Of a stretch of DNA of 62,397 nt, positions 8,535 through 17,865 are shown piece by piece (the first letter of the stretch is position 1; each line of letters starts with the position of its first letter). A program made the translations under genes and the position numbers. The notes under the pieces are model-generated. The model did no database searches. It saw nothing but the letters and a program-made list of their open reading frames with translations, and was not told where the DNA came from. The stretch is from Patescibacteria group bacterium (GTDB lineage Bacteria > Patescibacteriota > Minisyncoccia > Phycocordibacterales > UBA9973): assembly GCA_040384365.1 (NCBI GenBank), contig JAZKJK010000015.1:1093-63489 (forward strand). The letters run 5' to 3'.

Positions 8535-11500
8535 ATGGAGGAGAATCAAGAGAAAAATAAACCCGCCTCTGCACAAGGCTCCGGCGAGGCGAAGAAGTCA
8601 GACGCAGCGCTTCGCGAAGAAGCTGTTTTGGAGTTTTGGAAAGAGAATAAAATATTTGAAAAGTCTTTGACCAAAAAGGCGCCAAAGGGCAATTATGTTT
8701 TTTATGATGGCCCTCCTTTTGCCACTGGGCTGATGCATTATGGGCATATTTTGGGCAGTACTGCTAAAGATGTGGTAGGACGGTATCAGACAATGAAAGG
8801 TTTTCATGTTCCTAGAAAATGGGGTTGGGATTGTCATGGTCTACCTATTGAGAATATCGTTGAGAAAGATTTAAATATTGCTGGGCACAAAGAGATAGAA
8901 AAATTTGGCATAGATAAATTTGTAGAACATGCGCGCAGTAAGGTTTTGCAATATGACAAAGAATGGGAAAAGAGCGTCGAACGCATCGGGCGTTGGGTGG
9001 ATTTTAAAGGCGGATACAAAACAATGGATAATACTTTCATTGAATCTGCCTGGTGGGCTTTTAGTCAGTTGAATAAAAAAGGTCTAATCTATGAAGGAGT
9101 CAGAGTTTTGGCCTATTGCGCGAGGTGTGAAACTCCGATTGCTAATTCTGAAATAGCGATGGACAACAGTTATAAAGATATTGCGGATATTTCTATTTAT
9201 GTAAAATTCGAACTAGAAGACGAACCCAGAACATATCTACTGGCTTGGACGACGACGCCTTGGACCTTGCCGGGTAACACTGCGATTGCGATAAATAAAA
9301 ATATTGTCTATGTAAAAGTGAAAATAGGGGATGACGTTTTAATACTTGCAAAGGAAACTTTGAACAATGTTATAAAAAATAAAGAATATTCTATGCTGGG
9401 TGAAGTAAGAGGGGCTGATTTGATCGGTAAAAAATACAAGCCAGTTTTTCCTTATTATCAAAATACTGATATGCCGAATAGAGAAAATATTTGGAAAATT
9501 TGGCACGCGGATTTTGTAACTACAGAAAAAGGTACAGGTATTGCCCATGAAGCCCCAGCCTTTGGTGAAGAAGATGCCGATTTGGCAAAGGCGAATAGTA
9601 TTCCTTGGATTATTCACGTAGACGAGACAGGCAGATTTAAAGCCGAAGTGGTGGACTTTGCTGGTTTGAAAGTAAAACCCAAAGATACACTGGAAGACAA
9701 AGATGCGCACTTGCGGAGTGATATTGAAGTCATAAAATATCTTCAAAAAACCGGAGCGTATTTCGATAAAGAAAAAATAATCCATTCATACCCGCATTGC
9801 ATGCGTTGTGAGACGCCGATTATCTATTATGCGTTACCGTCTTGGTTTATTAATATTCAAAAAGTTAAAAAGCAAATCATAAAAAAAGCAGATGCGATGA
9901 ACTGGGTTCCCGCTCATTTAAAAGAAGGCAGGTTTAAAAATATAGTCGAGAATGCACCTGATTGGAATGTATCTCGAAATCGTTATTGGGCTTCACCCTT
10001 GCCGGTTTGGAAGTGTGAAAAGTGCGCAGAGAAGATTTTTATCGGCTCAATGAGTGAATTGAAAGAAAAAACCAAAAAATCTGGTAATAAATACTTTGTG
10101 ATGCGACACGGGGAGTCAGAAAGCAACATCAAACATGGCTCGCATGGGGTCATCTCCTCTCGCGAAGAGAATGTCGATCATCTGACTGAAGTTGGTCGGG
10201 GACAAGTAGAAAAAACTGCGAAAGAATTAAAAAATAAAAAGATTGATCTAGTTTTTGCTTCACCACTTATGCGGACTCGGGAAACACTCGCGATTCTGAA
10301 AGAAAAATTGGGCCTCACCGAAGAGCAGATCGTCTTTGATAAAAGATTGCAGGAAATACAAGGAGGTTCTTTTGAGGGTAAGCCGTGGGACGCATACTTG
10401 CGAACCTTGCTGGATCCAAAAGAAAGATTTCTAAAGTCTCATGAGGGGGTAGAGTCTTTGCTGGAGGTGAAAAAGAGAGTCGGGAATGTGATCTACGAAT
10501 TAGAAGAAAAATATTCTGAGAAGAATATTCTAATAATCTCGCATGGGGGACCACTCTGGATGTTCTATTCTGTATTGCATGGGTACAACGTCGATGAGTC
10601 TATCGCCATGACTGGCGGACTTTTTAGGCATTCGGAAGAAATTGAAAAAGGGGTTTCGGGAAGTTTTCGCTTTTTTAAAAATGCAGAATGTCGCGCTTTT
10701 GATTTTATTTCTATTCCTCATAATGAAAAATATGAACTAGACTATCATAGACCATATATAGACAGCATAAAACTCGTCTGTGATTGTTCCGCTATGATGA
10801 ACAGAGTACCAGAAGTTTTAGATTGTTGGTTTGAATCTGGCTCCATGCCTTTTGCTCAAGATCACTATCCATTTAAAAATCCGAAGTGGCAGAAAAATAA
10901 CTTTCCGGCTGGGTTTGTGGCTGAATATATTGCCCAGACGAGAACTTGGTTTTACTATACCCATGTCCTTTCCACTATTCTCTTTAATCATGCGCCATTT
11001 GAAAATGTGGTGACTACCGGCACACTCCTGGCGGAAGATGGTCAAAAAATATCAAAATCTAAAAAAAATTATCCAGACCCTTGGATATTTATAGATAAGT
11101 ATGGGGTCGACGCATTGCGTATTTATCTCATGACGAGTCCTCTAATGAAAGGGGAGGATGCAAATTTTTCAGAAAAGTCTGTGCAAGAAATCTCAAGTAA
11201 GATTATCGGCAGACTGGGAAATGTATTTTCCTTTTATGAACTTTATCGGGATCACTCACTTGAAGCTATAACTGACAACCCAAAACCTAATACTGTTTTG
11301 GATCAGTGGATTCTTGCACGCTTGAATCAATTTGTTGGGGAAGTTACGAATGGCATGGAAGCATACGATATGAATGAAGCCTCTCGTCCGATTGAAAACT
11401 TTATAGAGGATCTGTCCGTTTGGTATTTGCGTCGTTCACGAGATAGAATCAAGAATGGAGATAAGGAAGCCAAGCAAACTTTGTATTTTGTTTTGAAAAC

Positions 11501-12107
11501 TTTGGCAAAAACCATGGCTCCCTTCGCGCCATTTACAGCTGAAGATATATGGTTGAAATTGAAAAATGAAGATAGTGCGGAAAGTGTGCATTTAGAAAAT
11601 TGGCCAAAAGCTGAAAATATAAATAGTAAAATTATTGAAGAGATGGACATGGTTCGCAAAGTCGTGACTCTCGGGCTAGAAGCTAGGCAAAAGGCAGGCA
11701 TAAAAGTTCGTCAGCCCCTCGCTAAATTAGAAGTTAAAGATTTAAATTTCGGCAGAGAATATGTCGAGCTCATAAAAGATGAGTTGAATGTGAAAGTAGT
11801 TGTAAAAAACATAAATCTAGAAACTGAAGTCGCTCTCGATACAACAATTATAGAAGAACTAAAACAAGAAGGGGATTATCGTGAACTCGTGCGTGCCATT
11901 CAGGATATGCGCAAAAATATGGGGCTGACGCCTAGTGATGTAATCTCACTTTGTGTTGAGACGAGCGGAGAAGGTAAAAAATTAGTCCGAAAATTTGAAA
12001 ATGATATGAAAAAAACTGTCTTGGCGTCTAAAGTCGAGTTCCAAAACAACGATGGGCAAGAAGTAAAAGTTGATACCTTGGTTTTCAAGGTAAAAATTGA
12101 GAAATAG
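8535..12107 (+). CDS. ileS: isoleucyl-tRNA synthetase carrying an internal histidine-phosphatase domain insertion
   Basis: The class I and IleRS landmarks are present: HYGH, the editing motifs TTTPWTLPGNTA and GTGIAHEAPAFG, WFESGSMPF, and KISKS. The track start at 8523 is TTG; the first ATG is at 8535. The insert at about 10089-10733 carries RHGES, SPLMRTRET and SHGG. Confidence 0.95.
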   Translation: MEENQEKNKPASAQGSGEAKKSDAALREEAVLEFWKENKIFEKSLTKKAPKGNYVFYDGPPFATGLMHYGHILGSTAKDVVGRYQTMKGFHVPRKWGWDCHGLPIENIVEKDLNIAGHKEIEKFGIDKFVEHARSKVLQYDKEWEKSVERIGRWVDFKGGYKTMDNTFIESAWWAFSQLNKKGLIYEGVRVLAYCARCETPIANSEIAMDNSYKDIADISIYVKFELEDEPRTYLLAWTTTPWTLPGNTAIAINKNIVYVKVKIGDDVLILAKETLNNVIKNKEYSMLGEVRGADLIGKKYKPVFPYYQNTDMPNRENIWKIWHADFVTTEKGTGIAHEAPAFGEEDADLAKANSIPWIIHVDETGRFKAEVVDFAGLKVKPKDTLEDKDAHLRSDIEVIKYLQKTGAYFDKEKIIHSYPHCMRCETPIIYYALPSWFINIQKVKKQIIKKADAMNWVPAHLKEGRFKNIVENAPDWNVSRNRYWASPLPVWKCEKCAEKIFIGSMSELKEKTKKSGNKYFVMRHGESESNIKHGSHGVISSREENVDHLTEVGRGQVEKTAKELKNKKIDLVFASPLMRTRETLAILKEKLGLTEEQIVFDKRLQEIQGGSFEGKPWDAYLRTLLDPKERFLKSHEGVESLLEVKKRVGNVIYELEEKYSEKNILIISHGGPLWMFYSVLHGYNVDESIAMTGGLFRHSEEIEKGVSGSFRFFKNAECRAFDFISIPHNEKYELDYHRPYIDSIKLVCDCSAMMNRVPEVLDCWFESGSMPFAQDHYPFKNPKWQKNNFPAGFVAEYIAQTRTWFYYTHVLSTILFNHAPFENVVTTGTLLAEDGQKISKSKKNYPDPWIFIDKYGVDALRIYLMTSPLMKGEDANFSEKSVQEISSKIIGRLGNVFSFYELYRDHSLEAITDNPKPNTVLDQWILARLNQFVGEVTNGMEAYDMNEASRPIENFIEDLSVWYLRRSRDRIKNGDKEAKQTLYFVLKTLAKTMAPFAPFTAEDIWLKLKNEDSAESVHLENWPKAENINSKIIEEMDMVRKVVTLGLEARQKAGIKVRQPLAKLEVKDLNFGREYVELIKDELNVKVVVKNINLETEVALDTTIIEELKQEGDYRELVRAIQDMRKNMGLTPSDVISLCVETSGEGKKLVRKFENDMKKTVLASKVEFQNNDGQEVKVDTLVFKVKIEK

Positions 12108-12111
12108 AAAT

Positions 12112-12717
12112 ATGAAGTTAATTATTTTTGATTTTGATGGGGTCTTGGTGGATACGCTCATCATGACCTATGAGATAACCAAAGAAATAAATCCGGAAAT
12201 GTCCCTTGAGGATTTTCGTTTACTTAACAATGGGAACTTTCTTCACTCAATAGAAAATAGCCTTACGATTAAAAATCATCCTGAATTTTTTGAGCGGTAC
12301 AAAGAAGAATCCAGAGAACTCAAGATACCTCCATCATTAAAAGATTTAATTTATAAATTAAGCAAAGAGTGCACACTCGCGATTGTTTCTTCTTCTCTGT
12401 CATCTTTGATCAAAGACATTCTAGATCGGGAAGATGCTATGCCATATTTTATGGATATATTGGGTAGTGATTTACACAAGAGCAAGGTCTTCAAAAATAA
12501 AATGCTTTTGGAGAAGTATAAAGTTGATCCCAAAGATGCAGTTTTCATCACAGATACTGTGGGTGATATACTTGAAGCACGCGAATGCGGAATAAAATCT
12601 ATCGCTGTGACTTGGGGTTTCCAAGATGCAGAGTCTTTACAAAAAGCCAAACCGGCCAAAATAGTCAGTATGCCAGAAGACTTGATGCAAGCGATAACAG
12701 AACTTACCAATGCGTAA
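12112..12717 (+). CDS. HAD-superfamily phosphatase (phosphoglycolate phosphatase-like)
   Basis: Motif I is IIFDFDGVLVDT. The gene starts at the ATG at 12112, 5 nt after the ileS stop. Confidence 0.8.
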   Translation: MKLIIFDFDGVLVDTLIMTYEITKEINPEMSLEDFRLLNNGNFLHSIENSLTIKNHPEFFERYKEESRELKIPPSLKDLIYKLSKECTLAIVSSSLSSLIKDILDREDAMPYFMDILGSDLHKSKVFKNKMLLEKYKVDPKDAVFITDTVGDILEARECGIKSIAVTWGFQDAESLQKAKPAKIVSMPEDLMQAITELTNA

Positions 12718-13357
12718 AAAAATTTCAGATATTTATACTGAATATAAAATAATGCCAAGTTTGCAGGATCATATGCTCCGTGTGGCAGCGGTAGCATCTT
12801 TAATCTGCGACAACTTTGACGAGCCTCTTCCAAAAGAAGAAATAATCAGTGCATGTTTGTTACACGATATGGGGAATATTATCAAGTCAGACCTTAAATA
12901 TTTTCCAGAATTTTTAGAGCCACAAGGTTTGGACTATTGGCAGGAGGTCAAAGATGAATATATACAAAAATACGGCAAAAATGAACTGCAAGCGACCGTG
13001 CAAATTATTCAGGAACTGGGCCTGAGCAATCTGCTTCCTGTTTTTGGTGGTATGAGCTTTGCCAAAGCTAAAGAAAATCTTGCAGTCGAGGATTTTGCCA
13101 TCAAAATCTGTTTTTATGCCGATCTACGGGTTGATCCGCACGGAGTTGTTTCATACGAGGGGCGGATGGAAGAAGGGAAAAAGAGATATCAAAACAGGAC
13201 GGACGTTTTTTCTACTGAAGGGCGAGATTATTTAGTCCAATGCGGTAAAGAAATCGAAAAACAAATCTTCGCAAAATGCAAAATAAAGCCGGAAGATATA
13301 AATAATGAAACCGCAGCCCCAATAATTTTAAGCTTGAGGGGCTTTGTGATAAAATAA
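12710..13357 (+). CDS. HD-domain phosphohydrolase
   Basis: An H...LLHDMGN signature is present. The gene overlaps the HAD gene by 8 nt. Confidence 0.7.
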   Translation: MRKKISDIYTEYKIMPSLQDHMLRVAAVASLICDNFDEPLPKEEIISACLLHDMGNIIKSDLKYFPEFLEPQGLDYWQEVKDEYIQKYGKNELQATVQIIQELGLSNLLPVFGGMSFAKAKENLAVEDFAIKICFYADLRVDPHGVVSYEGRMEEGKKRYQNRTDVFSTEGRDYLVQCGKEIEKQIFAKCKIKPEDINNETAAPIILSLRGFVIK

Positions 13358-13361
13358 AAAG

Positions 13362-13877
13362 ATGGATAAAAAATTTACTTATGGAAATAAGTATGTGTGT
13401 AATCTTGAAAAAAAGACAATATTCTTACCGGTTGAATTAGAAAATCTTCCAGACAAGCTGATCATCGGGGAGTTTACTTTATTTAAAAGATCTGAGTTTC
13501 ATGTTAGTCTTGTTTGTGTTGGAAAAATAATAGAGAAGTACAAAATTTCTATTCCAGATTTTTGGAATAAAGTCGTCGATGATTTTTACGAATTTACTAG
13601 AACAAAAAAAATTGAAATTATAGGTTATAAAGATGAATTTAAATTTGTAGTAAGAGAAAATAAAAAAACAGTTGTAGTTATGTGTGAAATGTCGAATCTG
13701 AATGAATTTTTTGATTTTATAAATCATAAATATACTCTGAACATTGATTACCCGCCAGCTCACATCACTCTCTATACTCTCGATGGAGAATCCGGTATAT
13801 TTCTGATCAGTATCGATGATATAAAAAATTTTACAAAGCCTATTACAAATCCGATAGGTTTTATATTGCAATCTTAA
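13362..13877 (+). CDS. 2H phosphoesterase-superfamily protein (LigT/cyclic phosphodiesterase-like)
   Basis: Two HxS/Tx motifs (EFHVSLVC and AHITLYT) lie about 87 aa apart in a 171-aa protein, which matches the 2H-fold layout. Confidence 0.5.
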   Translation: MDKKFTYGNKYVCNLEKKTIFLPVELENLPDKLIIGEFTLFKRSEFHVSLVCVGKIIEKYKISIPDFWNKVVDDFYEFTRTKKIEIIGYKDEFKFVVRENKKTVVVMCEMSNLNEFFDFINHKYTLNIDYPPAHITLYTLDGESGIFLISIDDIKNFTKPITNPIGFILQS

Positions 13878-14458
13878 TGCACCACATCTATCACACAGAA
13901 GGAATAATTTTAGGGAGTAGAAGTCACGGCGAAGCGGGGAAGTATTATTATATTTTCACTCGGGATTTGGGGATGATCACGGCAACGGCTCAAGGGGTAC
14001 GCAAGATGTCTTCCAAGCTCCGCTATGTCTTGCAAGATTTCTCATATCTCAAGATTGACCTCGTGCAGGGCAAGAATATCTTTCGGGTGACGAGCGCCTC
14101 AAAAACAAATATTCTGGAAGACATTACTAAAAATTTGGAAAATTTTAAAGTTTTTGCAAATATTGCGCGCTTGCTGAGGCGACTACTCGCTGGTGTCGAG
14201 CCAAATGAAGCCCTATTTGCAGACTTATTAAATGGCTTATTGATTGTGGAAAAAGCAGAGACGAAGGAGGATTTAAGGAACTTGGAAATAATTATTGTCC
14301 TGCGGATACTGAACAATCTCGGATATATTGGCGATAATGAAATATTGCAAAATCTTACCAAATCTCCATTTGAGGAGAATCTAGTCTTTGAAGTTTTAAA
14401 AGATAGGACTAAAGTCTTAAACCAGATAAACAAAGCTCTCAAAGAGACACATTTGTAA
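13877..14458 (+). CDS. recO: DNA repair protein RecO (short form)
   Basis: The N-terminal OB-fold pattern TEGIILGSRSHGEAGKYYYIFTRDLGMITATAQGVRK is present. The start overlaps the upstream stop. Confidence 0.7.
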   Translation: MHHIYHTEGIILGSRSHGEAGKYYYIFTRDLGMITATAQGVRKMSSKLRYVLQDFSYLKIDLVQGKNIFRVTSASKTNILEDITKNLENFKVFANIARLLRRLLAGVEPNEALFADLLNGLLIVEKAETKEDLRNLEIIIVLRILNNLGYIGDNEILQNLTKSPFEENLVFEVLKDRTKVLNQINKALKETHL

Positions 14459-14503
14459 AAAACGCTTCTTCTAATTTTCTCTTCGAGATGGTACAATTCT
14501 ACA

Positions 14504-16453
14504 ATGGCGATAAATGATGGAGATAAATTAAACAGAATAGAAGAGTTAAAAAGCAAGCTCTTTAGTAAGAGCTATAGGACAAAGATAGAACACCGAGACA
14601 GTTTTACACACTTTGATAAAAATAAAGTGCCAGAGGCGTGGGGAAATGATGGAAAATCAGCGACCGACTATCTTTCATATCAAGAAAAATTTTTTATGAA
14701 AACATCTCTTTTTAAGAATTTCTTTTTATTTTCGTTAATTTTTCTTGTGCTGACGCTTTGTTATGCTGCCTATGTTTTTTTTGCTGGAGGCAATACGGTT
14801 TCTAATGAAAATATCGATATTTCAGTATTGGGGAATAATTTTACGGCTGGCGGAGAAGAGCTCTCGTTCGTCGTGGGAATCACAAATAAAAATAATTCTT
14901 CACTTGATTTAGTAAATTTAGTCATAGAATATCCCAAAAACTCGGGAGTCGGCACCACCACTTCTACTTCGGGCACACAAAGGACGCGACAGTCTCTAGG
15001 TACTATTCCCGCCGGGGCAGTGCGTAACGAAAATATAAAAGTGGTATTGTTTGGTGAGCAAGGCAGTCTGCAGAATATCAAGATCACGCTCGAGTATCGC
15101 GTCGAAGGGTCAAATGCCATCTTTGTCAAAGACAAATCCTACGATGTGACCATTAGCTCGACTCCTCTCAATTTGTCTATCGATGCTCCTTCTGTAACCA
15201 GCTCGAACCAAGCCCTAACTCTAAAAATAAAAGCCACACTAAACGCTACCAAGCCAGTTTCTAAAATACTTCTCAAGGTGGATTATCCACTCGGATTTCA
15301 ATTTGAATCAGCTGTGCCAGCTCCAACCCAAGGCAATAATGTCTGGAATATGGGGGATTTAGCTCCCGGCGCAGAGCGCACCATATCAGTGACCGGGAAA
15401 ATACTCGATGCCGTGGATGGAGAAGAAAAAACTTTTCGTATCTCGAGTGGTTCCCAGTCCAGCACTGACAAATCCATGATAGATGTTGTTTTTAATTCTC
15501 TGCCATACACGGTGATGATACAGAAGCCTTTTGTGGAGGCGCAAATTTTTATAAATGGTGTATCCGAAAGGCAATATGCTACCGATGCCAAGACTGCCAT
15601 CAATGGGCAGATCAGATGGACCAATAATTTAGATACGAATGTCAATGATTTAATAATTCAGGCGAAAATATCTGGGAACGCGGTGAATAGGAAGACCATC
15701 AATGCGCAACAGGGCTTCTATGATTCTTCAAAAGACGTCATAACTTGGGATAAAACTTCAGTGAATGATTTTGCGCGAATAAGCCCGGGTGATTCTGGAT
15801 CGGTAAATTTTTCTGTTTCGCCACTTTCCATATTCTCAGCGGCGGACGGGTTATTGCCTAGTCCTTCTGTGACCATAGATATTTCTATATCCGGCAAACA
15901 ATCTGTCTCTGGTTATACCACACAAGATTTGCATAATTCTGATTCAGCCATAATTCGAATCATTTCCGATGTTGGACTTACGGCCAAAGCTCTTCGTTAC
16001 TCCGGACCCTTTTCTAATACTGGCCCCATACCTCCAAAAGTCGAACAAAAAACAACTTATACAGTACAATGGTCTCTCTCTAATACAGCCAACAATATAT
16101 CCAAAGCAGTTATTAACTCCAGTCTGCCATCTTGGGTGAGTTTTGTGGGTCCAATTTCGCCGGCGGAGGTAGACCTCATTTACAATCCCGCCACTAGAAG
16201 CATCGTCTGGAATATAGGCAGTATTCCAAAGGGGACTGGCATTACCACAGCAGGCAAGAGCGTCTCTTTCCAAGTTGCATTTACTCCGTCACTTTCTCAA
16301 GTCGGCACTACTCCGATTATTATAAATGACGCAGTTTTGACTGGGCATGACGATTTTGCTAATGTAGACGTGAGGGTGAGTAAGACTTCGCTCCGCACCC
16401 AGCTCGACAGCGATCCGTCGTTTCCTTCTGGCGGAGGTCAGGTAGTGGAATAA
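14504..16453 (+). CDS. membrane-anchored extracytoplasmic beta-rich protein (CARDB/DUF11-like repeats)
   Basis: There is a single TM segment near residue 75, followed by about 560 aa rich in Ser, Thr, Asn and Val with beta-type periodicity. Confidence 0.55.
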   Translation: MAINDGDKLNRIEELKSKLFSKSYRTKIEHRDSFTHFDKNKVPEAWGNDGKSATDYLSYQEKFFMKTSLFKNFFLFSLIFLVLTLCYAAYVFFAGGNTVSNENIDISVLGNNFTAGGEELSFVVGITNKNNSSLDLVNLVIEYPKNSGVGTTTSTSGTQRTRQSLGTIPAGAVRNENIKVVLFGEQGSLQNIKITLEYRVEGSNAIFVKDKSYDVTISSTPLNLSIDAPSVTSSNQALTLKIKATLNATKPVSKILLKVDYPLGFQFESAVPAPTQGNNVWNMGDLAPGAERTISVTGKILDAVDGEEKTFRISSGSQSSTDKSMIDVVFNSLPYTVMIQKPFVEAQIFINGVSERQYATDAKTAINGQIRWTNNLDTNVNDLIIQAKISGNAVNRKTINAQQGFYDSSKDVITWDKTSVNDFARISPGDSGSVNFSVSPLSIFSAADGLLPSPSVTIDISISGKQSVSGYTTQDLHNSDSAIIRIISDVGLTAKALRYSGPFSNTGPIPPKVEQKTTYTVQWSLSNTANNISKAVINSSLPSWVSFVGPISPAEVDLIYNPATRSIVWNIGSIPKGTGITTAGKSVSFQVAFTPSLSQVGTTPIIINDAVLTGHDDFANVDVRVSKTSLRTQLDSDPSFPSGGGQVVE

Positions 16454-16490
16454 GTTATAAAGTTCATAAAGTAGAAAGTTATAAAGCAAA

Positions 16491-17819
16491 ATGAAAAAAG
16501 AAAACAAAGAGAATGAATTGATGGAAAAGATAGTCTCGCTATGCAAAAGGCGAGGGTTTGTTTTTCAGGGTTCAGAAATATATGGGGGACTGGGCGGAAC
16601 TTGGGACTTCGGACATTATGGAGTTGCCTTAAAAAATAATATTACCCAGTCTTGGTGGAATAAATTTGTGGATTCTAGGCGGGATATGTATGGCATAGAC
16701 GCAGCTATTCTCATGCGTCAAGAAGTCTGGCAAGCCTCTGGCCACGTGGCCGGGTTTGCTGATCCGATGGTGGAATGTGAAAAATGTAAAAAAAGATTTC
16801 GCCCCGATCAAATTGAAGATGCAAAAAAGTGTCCGGAATGCGGAGGCAAGCTTGGCCAGCCGAGACAATTCAATATGATGTTTCAAACAAAAGTCGGCGC
16901 TTCGGAAGATTCTTCGGCTATTTCATATCTGCGCCCTGAAACAGCCCAAGGAATGTTTGTAAATTTCAAAAATACCGTGGACGCTTTTCATCCCAAACTT
17001 CCTTTTGGAATGGCCCAAATCGGTAAGGCCTTCAGGAATGAGATAACTCCGCGTGATTTTCTTTTTCGTGTGCGCGAATTTGAGCAGATGGAGATAGAAT
17101 ATTTTATTCGTGGCGGAGATTGGGAAAAATATTTCGAATACTGGAAAGATGAGATGCTCGCTTGGATGCAAGAAGTTGGCCTCGATATGAATAAAGTTCA
17201 TGAGCTCGAAGTGCCAAAAGAAGACAGAGCGCATTATTCTAGCCGGACGATTGATTTTGAATTTGATTTTCCATTTGGCAAGAAAGAACTTTTTGGTCTT
17301 GCTTATCGTACGGATTTTGATCTCAAGAATCATAAGCTTGAATATATAGACGAGGAGAACAAAGAAAAAATAGTGCCACATGTCATTGAGCCGACCTTTG
17401 GAGTCGGTCGAGCCTTGCTTGCTCTATTAGTTTCAGCCTATCGTGAAGACCCCGAAGCAAAGAGTACTTCCGACGGGGCAAGTGAAAAAAGAGTCTACCT
17501 AAAGTTTAAAGCAAGTATTGCGCCGGTTATCTGCGCTGTTTCGCCACTCTTAAAAAATAAACCAGAACTTGTGGAATATGCTAATGCCAAAGTTTTTGTA
17601 CCACTTAAGGCGGAGTTTGGTCGGGTGGCTTGGGACGACAATGGCAACATCGGCAAGCGTTATCGCAGGCAAGACGAAATCGGCACGCCATTTTGTATCG
17701 TAGTTGATTTTGATACGCTCACAGATAATACCGTGACTGTCCGCGATCGTGATACAGGCGAGCAGGAGAGGGTATCAGTTGCCGATTTACAAAAATACAT
17801 AAAAGGAAAGATAAACTAA
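16491..17819 (+). CDS. glyQS: glycyl-tRNA synthetase (homodimeric alpha2 type)
   Basis: The sequences RRGFVFQGSEIYGGLGGTWDFGHYG and RPETAQGMF, plus class II motifs, are characteristic of GlyQS. Confidence 0.95.
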   Translation: MKKENKENELMEKIVSLCKRRGFVFQGSEIYGGLGGTWDFGHYGVALKNNITQSWWNKFVDSRRDMYGIDAAILMRQEVWQASGHVAGFADPMVECEKCKKRFRPDQIEDAKKCPECGGKLGQPRQFNMMFQTKVGASEDSSAISYLRPETAQGMFVNFKNTVDAFHPKLPFGMAQIGKAFRNEITPRDFLFRVREFEQMEIEYFIRGGDWEKYFEYWKDEMLAWMQEVGLDMNKVHELEVPKEDRAHYSSRTIDFEFDFPFGKKELFGLAYRTDFDLKNHKLEYIDEENKEKIVPHVIEPTFGVGRALLALLVSAYREDPEAKSTSDGASEKRVYLKFKASIAPVICAVSPLLKNKPELVEYANAKVFVPLKAEFGRVAWDDNGNIGKRYRRQDEIGTPFCIVVDFDTLTDNTVTVRDRDTGEQERVSVADLQKYIKGKIN

Positions 17820-17865
17820 AAATACTTAGAACTCTGCTATCGCAGAAAATCTAGTAAAAGTACTT

